A DNA stretch of 63,993 nt, counting the filler, from Diploschistes diacapsis (Eukaryota), in assembly GCA_023645945.1 (NCBI GenBank). It is 6 parts of 6 records of this genome, joined end to end, with 100 filler letters (N's around TTAATTAATTAA, not from the genome) between each part and the next. Parts side by side here need not be neighbours in the genome. Positions count along the whole stretch, not along the records: positions 42,864 to 53,457 come from JALAIB010000910.1; positions 53,558 to 63,993 come from JALAIB010000923.1; 4 more parts are not named here. The stretch is one strand, 5' to 3'. A program made the translations under genes and the position numbers. Positions 42,764 through 57,562 of the stretch are shown here, in pieces (the stretch's first letter is position 1; each line of letters begins with the position of its first letter). The notes below the pieces were generated by a model. It was not told the origin of the DNA and ran no database searches. It saw only the letters and a program-made list of their open reading frames with translations.

Positions 42764-42863
42764 NNNNNNNNNNNNNNNNNNNNNNNNNNNNNNNNNNNNN
42801 NNNNNNNTTAATTAATTAANNNNNNNNNNNNNNNNNNNNNNNNNNNNNNNNNNNNNNNNNNNN
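42764..42863. other. Artificial contig spacer
   Basis: N44-TTAATTAATTAA-N44. Confidence 0.99.
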
Positions 42864-45129
42864 GAACAAGGGCCTGGGGCCTATGAAGCGGTCTTGGGCA
42901 AAGGGTCGACTTCGTTTAGGATGATGGGCTGAACTGAAAGAGCGGCCGAGCTTGATGGCCCCGATGAAGTTGCAACATGTTGGAGAAATAATACTGCGTG
43001 GATACGTACAAGTTGTGCTACCGTAGCTGCTGCTGCTGCGAGTCATTGCTAACTTGCGTGCGTGCACACGCATTTCTCTCTCACGGTGCTGACTTTGTTT
43101 TTCTACCTTTGATCGGAGCCAACCGGGCGAGTCAAGTCACATTCTTCCACCTCCTGAAATTCCCGATGCAGAGCCCATCCGTACGTAAATAGCACTCGGA
43201 ACAACAACTCGGTGGTAACTCTCCTCCTACATGATAGATCGATCTGCTCGAACGAGATCGGCCCACCAATGAATGATTTCGACCCATTATGATTCAGACT
43301 TTATATCGAGACCAAGGGAGGGAGGGGGGAGTCGTAGAATGACGTTGTTCACAAAGACAGATTTGCTGGGGTCCAGTGGCAAGGGGGAATAGGCCAGACA
43401 ACATGTGGAAAAAAAATCAAAAGCTTCGTACTATATGTACACAAGGTCTTTGCCTTGCTGCTGCTCCAACTCCCCGTATAGGAGCAGCATAGGTCATCTT
43501 CCTTTTGGGAACTTGCCCGTCAATCCGTAAGCGGCGGCCCCATAATATCCAACCCTTTTTTTTTGGTTTTCTTCTTCTGACCAGCAGATTCTTTTGGACC
43601 GCCGGGAGAGAGCCTTTTCTCCGGAGCAAATTAGCCATGAGGAGAGGTCACGGCTTACTTTTTTTTTTTTTTTTCGCAAGATCGCTACGCCGGTGGGTGT
43701 CTGGGTGTCTGGCCGATGTGAGTTTACGGGGAAAAGGAATGCCCACGGAGCGGGCCTCGAAGAATCATCCTCGCTTGCACTTGGCTTCGGCAGCCTGTCC
43801 GGTTTGTGTATTGCTTGCGAGGGCGGGCCGATGGGACGAGGTCATAACTCATGTGTGTCTGACAGTCCACTGTGTGTAATATTCCTTAAGATTCAAATAG
43901 CTTCGTAATTGGCACTGTGGCTGCAAGCACATAGAGAACGATTGGACAGAAAAATAGGTGCCACTGTCGACATGTGCTCTGTAATGGTTGGTAGTCTGAA
44001 GCCGAGACAAGCCTTTACTATTCGGTTGTATCCCCCTTTACTTTTTCGTTTTCACGACAGAAGGTGTCAAGTATTATCTCTTATGCTGAACTGCATGGCA
44101 TCGTCAACATTTACGGTGCAAAGAATAGGCTGAGGCGCAGTAATAGCATCTTGGGAGGTGGGCACATGTTTTGAATCGCTTGGGAAAGCTTCACCATAGA
44201 TCAACGGCCATATCAGACGCCAAACACAAAAGGATAGGGGACATGCTAAGCGGGATGTGGAAATCGCCTAAAAGCTTGTCTTAATCACTTTCCTTTCGAG
44301 GTTTGGTGCAGGTAAAGCTTCAAAAGCTTTCCACGAACGTTGAGGAAAATTGGCCCACAGAGTCCATGCAGGGATGCCCGTCCATTTCCTCAGCCGGTTG
44401 AAAATAGCGGGCTGCGATCGACATATTGCATACTTTCCCCATAAGTCGTGGTTGGTGTTGAGCGAGGCTAATCCGCGGTCGCCAGCCAGCCGCTGAGGCT
44501 CGTCAGATATAACGCTAAGTGGCTGCAAAATTCATCGACCTGCTAGCAATGGACACACGACAGCTTGAAAGCTGTGGTACTCTTTAAGCTCGCTTGATTC
44601 GGTGTGGCTCAGAAACACGGTAAGTGTACGTAACCCAGTCTGATTTCGAAGCCTAGGAACCGAACAGGAGTAAGAGCCAGCAGGTCTGTTGGACTCTGAT
44701 CGAAAGAGTTGCCATAACTTGAGAATGTTGACCTTGTCCACTAGACGTCTATTTGGATTTGAAGATAGAGACATGTCAAGGCTCGTATTCCAACAGTGAC
44801 GAGACAAATCTCGAACGAGAACGCATCATGAATAACTCTATATTGAGCTCCCTTGTTGATCCAGTATTAGACCAGTAATCTGCCAGGGATAAAAGCATAA
44901 AGTTGTCTTGCAGAAGCTTGTCCTGCTGGCAAGGTATTTATGTGGTACCGACAGATCAGGGACTCTCGACGGGGAAAGTCTAACATGCTTCCGGTGCATA
45001 TCGGGACGCTGATACCATTAATTCATCGCAACTAATCCTAGCAAAGGCGTCGAGATAAAAACTCTAATTGTTAGCAGAAGTATATTGAAATCGGCGTATT
45101 CAGCGCACAACCGAAAGGCTTCAAGTCAA

Positions 45130-46410
45130 TTATAGATTATGCACGCAGTTATAGCCAGCTTCAATCAGACTTCGTGGGCCCCAGACGTCTGCTGTTCCGG
45201 TCCAATAAAACAAACCACCGAGTCGCATCTTTCGTACGACGGACGCCTTCATCTTCACGGTTTCCGGGTTATCATACGTCACAAAGCCTCCGTCTCCGCT
45301 TACGCAATAAGCTGCCCCTACCGACTTATCGACCTGCTCCTTTGTTCCTGCTCCCGGTAGGTCTTTGTACTCGAACGTTCCTTCCTCTCCAGCAGAGCCT
45401 GAGAAAGCTTGACCGATTTTGGATGCACCAAGGAACGACCGACCGTACGCCGGAATACCAAGAATAATTTTGCTGGAAGGGACACCGGTCGAGAGCAGGT
45501 ACTTGATTGCAGAATCACAGGATACTGTAGCCGCATCGCTGTGGGGATGCTTAGGGGTATACAGCTGAGCATGGTGTCCCACCCTTTCGACCCAAGGACC
45601 GCTGAAGTCGTATGTCATTAGATTGATAAAGTCTAGATATGATGCTGCAACGGCAAGGTTAATGTTCCGAAGGGCCCATTGACCGGCAGGCAAGGCAGAT
45701 GTCAGAATGTACGTTGGTTCTGGTAGGGACGCTCGTAGAGCCGAAAGGAGGTGTATGTAGTCAACACCTTGCTGAGCAGTAGTCGGATGCTCCCAATCGA
45801 CTACGTCGATGCTGTGAGCTGAGAGAAATGTCAAGCTTAGTGAGATACATACCATCAACACCATCAAATCCGTATGTGTCTACAGCATCCCTCACACTCT
45901 TTGAGAAAGCTTGCCTGGAGAAGTCGTTGCTTGCAACCTGTGGGAACAGAAGGCTGCCCTTGCCTCCGCCTCCGATTGACAGGATTACTTTTAGATGCTT
46001 GCAGCGAGTTTTCAGTCCGACGAGAGCGTTTATGCATCCGCGGACGCCATCCACTTCGATCTGTGTATCTGCCCACTCATCACTCAACTAGGGAACCAGT
46101 GAGCATGTGCCGAGAGAAGCTCCTGAGTCGGCAAAACAAACACTTAGAGTTCCTTGGGCGTTTGGCCTTTGTGGGATTGTTAGCCCTAATAGATTCAGAT
46201 GCGATAGGGCTGGATTGATTGATACCAGGCAAACGCGTAAAACACATGGGAAATGAAGTCAACGTTCAAACTCGAAGGTGGATTCTGACGATAAATCTGC
46301 CAGTTTGAATAGTAAGCTGCATTCACATAAGCTTTGATTGAAGGCTCTGGGTCCGCCCAAGAAGTGGACGACTCTCCAGAGCGAAGGACTTGGGATACCC
46401 AGTTAGGCAT
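45130..46410 (-). CDS. GH18 chitinase, no obvious signal peptide; 4 exons including a 25-nt micro-exon
   Basis: Motifs NAAYY.NW.IY, SHVFYAFA, KVILSIGGG, spliced catalytic motif FDGVDVDWEHP, DFINLMTYDF.G.W, KIILGIP.YGRSF, FVTYDN, LGGLFYW. Confidence 0.92.
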
Positions 46411-46844
46411 TTTAGCAAGTCAATTTCAGAGGGACTACCATCCCTTTTATTATTCATACGACAGCCCCAGACGTTACTGAAATTGTTCTTTGTCGGTATT
46501 CATGCGAGCAAACATAACTCGGCTCGCACCACCACCACCCTGCTTGGTCGATCTTCGATTCGTTTGCTAGACATGCAAGGGCGGAGGCACGGCTACTCTC
46601 ACACCCAGAGTACAGCAACGCTTCTACTAGTAGCTTCTCATCCTATATCTAGCGTTGTCGCTCGGGTCCTCTGCCGTTACAGGCACGCATACTTCTGGCC
46701 TTTGGAAATGGTCAGTTGGGGGAGCATTGCAAACCCGAGTAGTCGAGCCCGGCCGTGTTGAAGGGTGGCAAGATACTAGTTGTCGACAAAGGAGCAAAAG
46801 GGATTCTTCGAGATATGAAAAAAGTATTTGTTTACCAACAACGA

Positions 46845-46865
46845 CTGCTGCTGCTGCTGCTGCTG
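46845..46865 (+). repeat. (CTG)n microsatellite
   Basis: About 7 copies upstream of the chitinase. Confidence 0.8.
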
Positions 46866-47331
46866 ACCCCGTACCACCATGCGGTAGTAGCAGTTCGTAT
46901 TTTGAGCTTTAGAGGCCACTAAGGTCTTGGCATTTATGGAGTCCATGTTCACAGACTGACTGATTTTACTGGAATGCTGTGGATTTGACGACTATTTCCC
47001 ATGTTTCATGGGATTCTTCATGCTTTCTTCATCGGTATTCATGAGAATTGGTATGAATCTTGATCATTCGGAAAACCCTTCTTTACAAAGTTAGCGAACA
47101 AGTACAGAGCGATCTTTGTTTTACTTGTATACTAACGCTTCTGACTTTATGGGTGCCCACATCATGTATTCTTAGTTCATCACGAGAAACCATTTATTGT
47201 AACATTCTAATATGCTTCACGTCATGGCAGTTAACCTTGGATCTGGTGTGAAAGCAACAAGTACTCCGCCAAAGGAAGCGGTGATGATGCGTGCACCACC
47301 TTTCGAGCCCAGTCTTGAAAACCGGACGCAT

Positions 47332-48420
47332 TATGGCGTATAGCTGTGTCTGTAGAGCGCGCTGAGCTCCGTGACCCTTGATCCTGGTCTTAGAATAGTA
47401 TAGTGCTTAACGTCATCTAGTGCCATGTTATGCCAGTTCCCTGTTTCGAGCAATTTGTTCCATCCCTCGCCGCTAAATCCGTCCGGTTCTCCAACAGCCA
47501 GCTCATCTCATGAGGGTTGTGGGGGCGAATCTCTGGGCCGTGGGTCCTCGTCCCACTTATAACTGGGGTCTCGGGCATAAAAAAATGTACGTAGTGGAGG
47601 CGGCCAGCGACGTCGACGATGACGAGGAAGAAGTCTGTAAAACTTCGCACTTCATATGCGTTAACCATGGGTTCGGAAGGCATCGAGCGGAGTCTCTTCC
47701 CCAGCCAGCCCGAACATGCCCATGCTGTCGAGAAAACCGTACATGCGCTGGTTAGGGTTCTCGAGCCCAGTTGGATCCAGCGTGTCGAGCAGGACTAGTT
47801 CAGTGATTAGCTCACCCAGCTCTGCAAGCTGCCGCGAGGCTTCGTAGGCAAGAATGCCGCCCGCCAAGACGCCATCGAAGTAGACCTCGAGCAGTAATTT
47901 CGCGAGGTAGTGCGAAAAATGGAGCCAATTTTAGATCCAGGCGTCTTTTCAGCCACAGGCAGTTCAGGCCCCAACCGGCAAGTTTCGGAAGATCTCAGGA
48001 AGGAGCACAATAGGAGGAGACGGATCCCGCTCCGTCGGGGAAAAGAAATAGCATTTTTTTCGCTGCTCTAGTAACACTGAGGTCGCAAGTGGTGGGCACC
48101 ATACTTCCATAGAACCACTGGATATACCGGGGTTTTAACAGCGGCTTTGTCCCGCATTCTTAGCTGAAGCGGACTCCTCCTACAATTTACCTATTTCTAG
48201 AGCCTCGTCGGGTTTGCTGATCAGACAGATTTCTCGAATGATGGCTTTGATGGCTCTCTAAGGCTTTGCTGTCCACAAATAGAGTAGAAGGCAGTATGCA
48301 TGCTGTTGGGATGGCTGCAAAACTGGACGAATATGCCGTGTTGACACTAATGCTATGCCCGGAGAAGCGAAAGAAACAGCCAACACGGCTAGGAAACCAG
48401 TACGCCCGCGCTGCTAAGTG
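47332..48420 (-). pseudogene. Internally deleted non-reducing polyketide synthase relic (KS fragment fused to TE/CLC domain)
   Basis: KS active-site fragment [25 protein letters not shown] (DTAC Cys->Tyr) at ~48290-48400. TE pieces [29 protein letters not shown]...LVLLD and WLLENRTD lie in shifted frames. Confidence 0.8.
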
Positions 48421-51400
48421 TTTAAGACCAGCCATTCAATGGATTCGTATGCGGATATTGAGTCCGGGGAGAGAAATTTCCATTTATTCGGTCAACATTC
48501 GGCTTAGTAAGCTGAATGTTGAATGAATGAATGTAATTATTAGTTCATATGCACATAGTTCATTAAAAAGAAGATCCTTTATAAATAGTTAGAATCAAAA
48601 TCCGCGAATGCCGAATGAATTTTAACTGTATCAAATTTCCCCTAAATAACTTGCGTTCGAATGGTCTCAAAAAAAGCGCGCGTCAATAGCACCCGTAGTT
48701 GTTAATAGAACAGCTGAACTTTAACGCGGCTCATGTTCTTCGTCTTTGTTACTGGTATCGTAGTATGCCTTCCGGCCGAAGCGGTCTTTGAGAATTATGC
48801 TATGGCAATCGCAAGCGGCCTTGAGAACCTGCCATCGCTCGTGGTTTGGTGTTGCCTCTGCCACGATGGCGATTTTTGGATCCTTAGAAATTGTCCTGAA
48901 GGAATGAGCAAAGGAGAGGAACGGCGTTTGACGTAACAGGGAAAATCACACAAGATCTCATGGACTAGGTCTGTGCGAGTATAGAGGACAGTGCCGGACA
49001 GATATAGTCCCACCGGGCCTGTTCTCAAAGGCTGTCCAGCACAACTTGGCGTAATAGAATAGGGAAGCTGAATGCTTAGAGATTCCTCTCCGTCGCCATT
49101 ATGACTTAACAAAGACTTCCGGTAATTTCAATTTATAGTGCAGTTCAACAGACAGTATCAAAAGTCGCTAGGACTATATGATTTGTAAATGCACGAAGTG
49201 GAAAAGGCTGTCTTTGACGCTTCTAGAATAATGTTTAGCCCTATCTGGCTAGCTTTGCGAACATACCTGGAGAAGCGGCTGCAGCGCTGGTATCAATGCC
49301 CAATTGATACCTTCTGGCTGTAGCCCCTTGCACCATGATCAATCATAAGCTGGTATTGTAGATTCTCAAGTCCTATTCTTACGCTCTGCAATCGTATCAG
49401 AATAGCGTACTTGTGCTAAGGAAAACTGCCAGAGATGGTGATAACTGGACCTGGAATATAGTGCCATACGTTCTGCCAGTGGAAGAATATTTCAACTTAA
49501 CGCTACTAGGCACGAGACCATCAACAGTGATTCCGCGGATACCAAAGATCTGTAGCGAAAGCTTAGAATGGTCATCTTAGACGAATTATACCCAATTTAC
49601 CAACAGGAATAGTACTGATTCGGATCCAGCGGGCCATTTTATCCTAAGCGATGAAGAACCGTGCACGCGCATTCAGGTTGAAAGCTTAACATATTTCCCC
49701 CCAGCGACATCCTTCCGTATCCAAAGATTGGCGGAAGATGGAAAGTCTTGCTGCTCCTTTCTGGCTTGTTGAATTAAGAGGCCTTCCTCATGTATGGCGA
49801 TATTGCAAGTCTACGCATCTTGCTCCGGCCTCATCCAGTTGAATACTTGGACTCGATAGAAGGAGTTGATGCTCCAATCCGCTTACGGAGTACAGCTTCC
49901 TGCATGGTACCCTCAACTTTAGTGATACCTGCTCGTTGTACATGAATATAAAAATGTCAGCGCTTGAGCCTAAGTCTTAGGAAACACACTTCGATGCGCG
50001 CGCTTGGCAGGTCTTGACATATGACGTATGGCTCGTGTCACATCGATTGAGGTAGTTGAGTGAAGTAGGGGAAGCATATATAAAGGAGCGATGGAGCTGG
50101 TGGTACAGAAGTACACACTTCTGCCCGGAATACCTACGTAGACAATAGATATACAGTCAGCAGTGGCCTCTTTTCCCTTACCCTCGATTAAATAGCCAAG
50201 CCCAATGAGATTCGTGAATGGCATGATCTTGCAAGCACCATGGCCAACGACCTATGCCCGATAGGAGCAAATGGCGACACACAGGACAAATGTTCCACTC
50301 TATGATGAGCCGTTCGGGTAAAGCGGTGAGCGCTGCGAGGGTCACAAACTTAAACAAAATAATAAGTGTGCGTGGAGTGATGAGATGGCTGGCCACTTGG
50401 TGGATAGAAATGTTAAAGAAGAGTGATGGGACTTCGAATGAGGATTTGAGCAAGAGCACTGCCAGAAGCCCCTTATACATCTCTGGGACCCATCAATCTA
50501 AACAGATCGAGTCCAAACCATCGGCTGGCAAAGGCATATCCGACCTTGACCACCAATCGGTAGAGTAACAGTGGAGTCTGAAAAGAGAAGGTGGAAAGAG
50601 AAACCTCGTCTTCGGCTGCTATGAATTCTACTGACGTTTATTACTATGAATCTATAAGCACTCGTCAAACGGCGTCTATGGACCTGTACGGACAAGCCCC
50701 ACGGGACCTACTAATCTAGATCAGAACTGTTGCACGCATGCTGTGGGTAGGATCGATTCAGATAAGGGAAACCTCGGGAGGCTTAAGATAAATTGATATA
50801 ATAAAGGTTGGGGAAAGGTTGGGAAAAGTGTGTGAATAGAGACGTCTGACTGAATGCCTGCATGGTGCAAGCTGCATGCTGCTGACCTCGAGCTGATCTT
50901 GAGCTGACCACGCCGTCAGACCGTTCTGCTTTCCATGTACGCCATCTCATGCAGAGAAGGATGTGCTTTGTTGCGCCGTTCATTTGTCAAAAGCAAAAGA
51001 TGGATTTTCGGGTCAATTGATCCTTGGTGACTTCACGCGATACTGCGAGTAGGATGGTTCCAGGGGATTTCTGTCGGATCTCATCACGCGTCAGTCTTGA
51101 ACCTTCCAGGAAATCATTCGACCTTATCCTCTTCCTCTCCTCCACTCTAGAGCATGTCCAAGTTCAGAAATGGAGACAGAGTAAAGTGCGAAATAGGTTT
51201 GATATATAAATATGAAGTAGTCTTGGCCCGCACCCGTTAGCAAAAACCAGCCTCCAGATTTGCCCCGCAAAATGCAAAACTACCGGAACCCAAGTCCTCC
51301 AGTCAACTCAGATACAGCCAGCAAATACCCCTACAGTACACCAGCTACCCATTGCTCGCTACTTGTAATGCTTGTTCAGTTCTCATGGTTTCTTCCGTTC

Positions 51401-51471
51401 TCTTAGAATATTGATTCCTTCTTCTGAGCTCCACTGACCCGGAGAGCCGCGTGTTCTTCCTCACCGGCATC

Positions 51472-52899
<1,428 letters not shown>

Positions 52900-53457
52900 C
52901 AGCATGTATCCTTTCGCAGGGCGGTGAATGAAGTGTAGTCCAAAGCGTAACGAGTCGAGGAGAACGGAATTCCTTGGTACGTTACGAAGGAGGTCGAAAA
53001 CTCTAAGTTGAAAGAACACGACGTGGAGGGGGCGATCCAGTCTTTCAACCCAACAAGTTGACCCTCCATGCAAGAAGCCGTCAAGGCGTGATGCTTGGAG
53101 ACGCAAGGAACGTGACATAACGAGATACCACGTACGAGAGGCACAGCTGCTAATGTTGGGCAGGCGCCGGGCACGAGTAATACGGAGCAAGCACATTGAT
53201 ACCACGGCTGGACATGAACAGGAGTAGGGTCTCTGGGGATTAGCTAAAGTTATCACCAATCAACACGCTGTAGAGAAGGCAACATTTCGGAGTATTTCGT
53301 ACGACCGGCTCTTTGTTATCAACCCGGTTCTCGATACTTCACCTACCGCTTTCCTCCTTCGCCACTCCTCCTCCAAACCGTCCCCCAAAACCCCCCAAAT
53401 CCCTCCTGAAAAACTTCCCAATATTCCTCAGATTCTGATTCACATTCCCCTGCGCCC

Positions 53458-53557
53458 NNNNNNNNNNNNNNNNNNNNNNNNNNNNNNNNNNNNNNNNNNN
53501 NTTAATTAATTAANNNNNNNNNNNNNNNNNNNNNNNNNNNNNNNNNNNNNNNNNNNN
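53458..53557. other. Artificial contig spacer
   Basis: N44-TTAATTAATTAA-N44. Confidence 0.99.
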
Positions 53558-54549
53558 GAGTAGGTGGAGAGGCGTTGGTGGAGGTTGAGGTTGGGGGGTG
53601 AGAGGGGGTTGCCGTAGGAGTATTAATAGTACTGGAGGTAGAAGGGATGGTGGAGTAGTAGTATAGCTGTGTAGAGTCGCGCCTGCTGAGGAGAAGGATT
53701 GGTGAAGGTTCTTGAGCTGCTGCCTGGCTGCCAGCGATGACGGTCTCGAGGGGTGAGAGGAAGAGAATATCCTCGGGTATCGTCTGGAGTGTCAGACATG
53801 CCAATGGCATCGGGAGGGAAGATATGGGGCATTGCGAGCCAAACGTCCCCTGGAGATGGTAGAGGAAGACTTTGTTGTCCCATCCCGCCGTAGCTAGAAG
53901 AGTCTCACCCCTATCCGTAGAGCGCAGGGCAGCTTTGACGCAGTACTTCCTGTGATCCCTCCTCTCGTCCAGCACCTCCATCGTCGCATTGTCCACCAGG
54001 AACGCACCGCCGGACATACTCGTCCCAATGCTCATTCTCCCATCCGCAAAGACCGTCCACGAGAGGATTGGCGAATCGTGCGTCAGCCCCACTCTACCCC
54101 CCTCCACGCCCTCACTCGTTACATCCGAAATAAGCAGCCTCCGATCCGCAGTCGTCACAAGCACACAAGGCTTTAACCGTCCGGTAGCCGTAATGAGCTC
54201 CTCGACAGAGACATGCAGGATGTTTGAAGGCTGCGGGAGGTCCAGGAGGGTGGGTACAGAGGGCGCGGGGGAAGTCCATCCGGAAGAGCTGTCGCTGTGC
54301 TTCTCATAGGCGACAGAGAGATCGTACAGTTTCTTCTCCTGCAGAATCTTCTCGAGGGTCAGGGCGTTTTTGGACGGGATGCTGCCGGCGTCTGGGGGCA
54401 GGTTGGCTTCTAAGAGGAAGGCGTCAAGGGTCTGAAGTTTTGTTTAGTGCAACTGTATCTGTGTATGGAAAGGGGGTGGATACTGCCTCATAGTTGTTGG
54501 ACTTTAGATAGCGGGCTACGATCAGGGCTGGGGAATCGTCTGCTGGCAT
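53558..54549 (-). CDS. LisH-domain WD40-repeat protein (3' truncated)
   Basis: LisH-like SPALIVARYLKSNNYEA|TLDAFLLEA across one intron; WD motifs HDSPILSW, DHRKYCV, LATAGWDNKVFLY. Confidence 0.8.
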
Positions 54550-55189
54550 AGCGGAGGGATAGGGGATGTTGACGTTGAAGCTTATTACGGAGTATGAGTA
54601 CCCAAGCGGAGTAAGTTACTAAGTCATATGGTTCTCCATCCTTGCAGTACTAATCACATCATTGCTAACAGGTCTTTTTTAGGTAGAGCTTTAATCACTA
54701 ATAATGGATGCTGAGCTTTAACCTTCATACCAAATAAACGCTGTGAGGCATAGACAATATCCGCGCCCTGGTTTAGATGTAGATTGCTTGAATTTCTATT
54801 GTTATATTTAGATTGGGTTAAACCATTGATGTTTACGTTCGCTGTATCTAGGGCATGGAAAGCCATCTAGTATGGAAGACAGGCTATCTGTAACGTATTA
54901 AGAAGCCGCTAATCCTGATGCTTTCACAACGCCATGACGATTGGCCTCCATAACAGAGATTACCCGGCATGGCCATTGACATTGAGCTTCATGTGTTCCA
55001 CACGTTCCATAAGTACCCCGAACTGTTAGAAGACCTAGGTATGGCACAAATGGAGCCGTTCCCATATGAAGCGTGAGAGATTATGGAGACACCTGATTTG
55101 ATCATCACCTTCTTGACGATTCTCTGACTCTTTCCCACAGAGATAACACACAGACCCTTGCGCCGGCATCATATGGTGTTCCTTCCAAC

Positions 55190-57562
55190 TCAACTGGCCC
55201 ACCACCCAATCCAGCCACCTTCCTCCGCTCCCATGCCCAACTGCCAGTTCCACATCCTCGTCGCCCAAAGCGCCAGCGCCCCCAATAATCCGCCAACTCC
55301 CAATACCTTGAGCGCAATCCAGCCGCCTGCCTGTATTCGGTCTCCGAACTTCATCAAGCCGAGCGGATCCGTTGCATCTAGTAAACCGCCTTTTCGACCT
55401 GCCGTTCCTGTTCCCGGGTATCTCGGCGTTGAAAGGCACGTTCTCCTGGTCCTGCTTTCATTCGAAAGATTTCTGCTGCTCCTGTCATTACTACTCGCAG
55501 AAGATGGCACGAGAGCTAAGTCTTTCCCTTTCGCCTGAGCCCCGGCATTGTTAGTGATAAGAACGTCCATGTCCCCGTCCAGTAGACATTCACCCAGCCG
55601 TGCTTTAAGCCATTCGCTTCTCTCGGCTCGAGCGAGTGCAGAGTAGCGCGCTCGTTCGTTTTGTAGGCTTCGCTGGAGGTTGGTGGCCCAGTTAGCGAGG
55701 TGTACGCGGGCAAGGCGCTCTTCGCGCAGGGTATGGTCCGTAACTTGGGCTTGGGTGTAAGTGAGGGCGCCACCTTGCGGACGGGCAATGAGAGCTTGGG
55801 AGACGGAAGAGAAGGATTCAGTCAAAAGGGGAGCTGGCGTGGTATTTGAGCGTGAACTCGGGCTGAGGAAGGTGCGGAAGGGGGAGGGGCTGCCGACAGG
55901 ACTGCGGCCAGACTTCTTGCGGAGGTGAAGTATTTTTTTGGCCGAAAAGTGCTTCAAACGGATGAGAACCTCTTGGGAGAAGAAGTGGCTGATAAGTTGT
56001 GGGAGTTCGGAGGGTTGAAGTGGCTGGATGTAGTTGGATTGCATCAAGAGGCTAGCGTCCATGTTCTCAAGGTCTTTTGAAGGGGACGAACACACTACGA
56101 TTGGTGATGGGAGGCCCTCTCGCTCCCTTCTCGGCTCGAAAGTCTTGATGCCTGCGTCAGAAAGGGCTTGAGTCATCGAGGATTTGATGTTGTCCGCTTC
56201 AGAATTATCCATACAGTCGGCTTTTGCTAGTAGAGGCATGACGTTGGTGAGCTGTGATAGCTGGCGCATAAATTCAAGGTCTTCGGGCTTGTAGGCTGCG
56301 GTGGAACCTTAGATCTCATAGGATAAACGTAAGGTATAGACTTACCACGATCTGTAACATATAGCACAACATCTACTTGAGATCCACCGCTTCCACCAAG
56401 CAGGCCCAGCAGCTCCGCGTCCTCTAGATTTGCAGCATCGAGTGATTTGTTCATTTGCCCTTCAATATATCTTGACACATTCTCCATGCCTTCAAGAACA
56501 GATATTCCGGAGTCAAAACCTGGGGTATCGACGAAACAGATATTGCGTTCTAGTACCGTATCATTACCACTTTTTCTTCTCTTGAAAAGCTTGCTGTCAT
56601 CTAGGTCTGACCACCACGACGGGTAAGCCTTTGTACTAGCAAATATCTCTGTAATTCGCTTCGTTCGATTGTGGTTGTTCCCGCTAGTCCGAGACTTTGC
56701 TTTACAATCCTTCTTAGGTGACAGAGTTGGCTCTATAGAAGAGTCTATGTGCACGATATCTTCGGATAGTTGGACGATAGACCTGATAAGGGAAGTTTTA
56801 CCAACGCCTGTATCTCCATTAGCACTATTATCGTGACTTTTGAACGTTCATACCTGATCTGCCTGCAAGTAATATCTTCAACTTCCCAAGCTCTTGACCT
56901 TTAGCAGTGAACGGTCTTCGGCTCGGCATCATTATACTAGGCATAATGAATTGGGGCGCGGCCTCGTTGTCAGCGAGCGCCGGGCCCACCTCGTCATCTT
57001 CACTGTCGGACATGATAGCTTGACTGCCCCGGTCGTCCAGAAACTCGTCGTCCGAAGGTCGGAGCGACCTCGAAGACATCGACTTTGGGCTACTTGGTTC
57101 GGACAGGTCAAGGTTCGGAGACTGGAAAGAAAGGGGCGTAAGAGGATGGGTGGTATAGTCTACGTTGTTCAGTCGCTCGAGTTGCCTCTGCAGTCGGGAG
57201 GGAGATGACGACTCGCTGCTCGCTGTAGACCCAAGGCCTAGGCTATCCATCGAATCGTCCCTTGGAACCGGTTTCCTTAATTTGAGTGTTGATCGCCTCC
57301 TGCCACTATTGCTCGTATCGTCCCCTTTGTCATTATCCGCTGCTTGCGCGTGTTCCTCACCAAAACTCCTTACACCGAATGAACTTTCCCTTAAGGAGGC
57401 GGTTGGGGTCTGCCCGGCATCGAGCTGCCGTTCTGAGGCCAGGAAAAATGTCGTGGGGGCATTGCTACTGGCGGCTGGTTCTGTATTCGGCTCTAATTCG
57501 GTGACGCTCCGCTTCCGTGCTGCAGGGCTGCCGACATTATTACCCACTGCGGGGCGCATCAT
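55190..57562 (-). CDS. Septin-like P-loop GTPase with a disordered N-terminus and C-terminal TM segment; 3 exons
   Basis: G1 KILLAGRSG|VGKTSLI (intron 56808-56853), G3 NICFVDTPGF, VDVVLY, DLEFMRQL...NVMPLLAKAD (G4), coiled coil, then WIALKVLGVGGLLGALALWA. Confidence 0.85.

Noticed and set aside
48700..50500. Possible decayed F-box-like gene (LTALPERLII)
   Set aside because: Only a weak motif resemblance, with many stops; cannot be supported.
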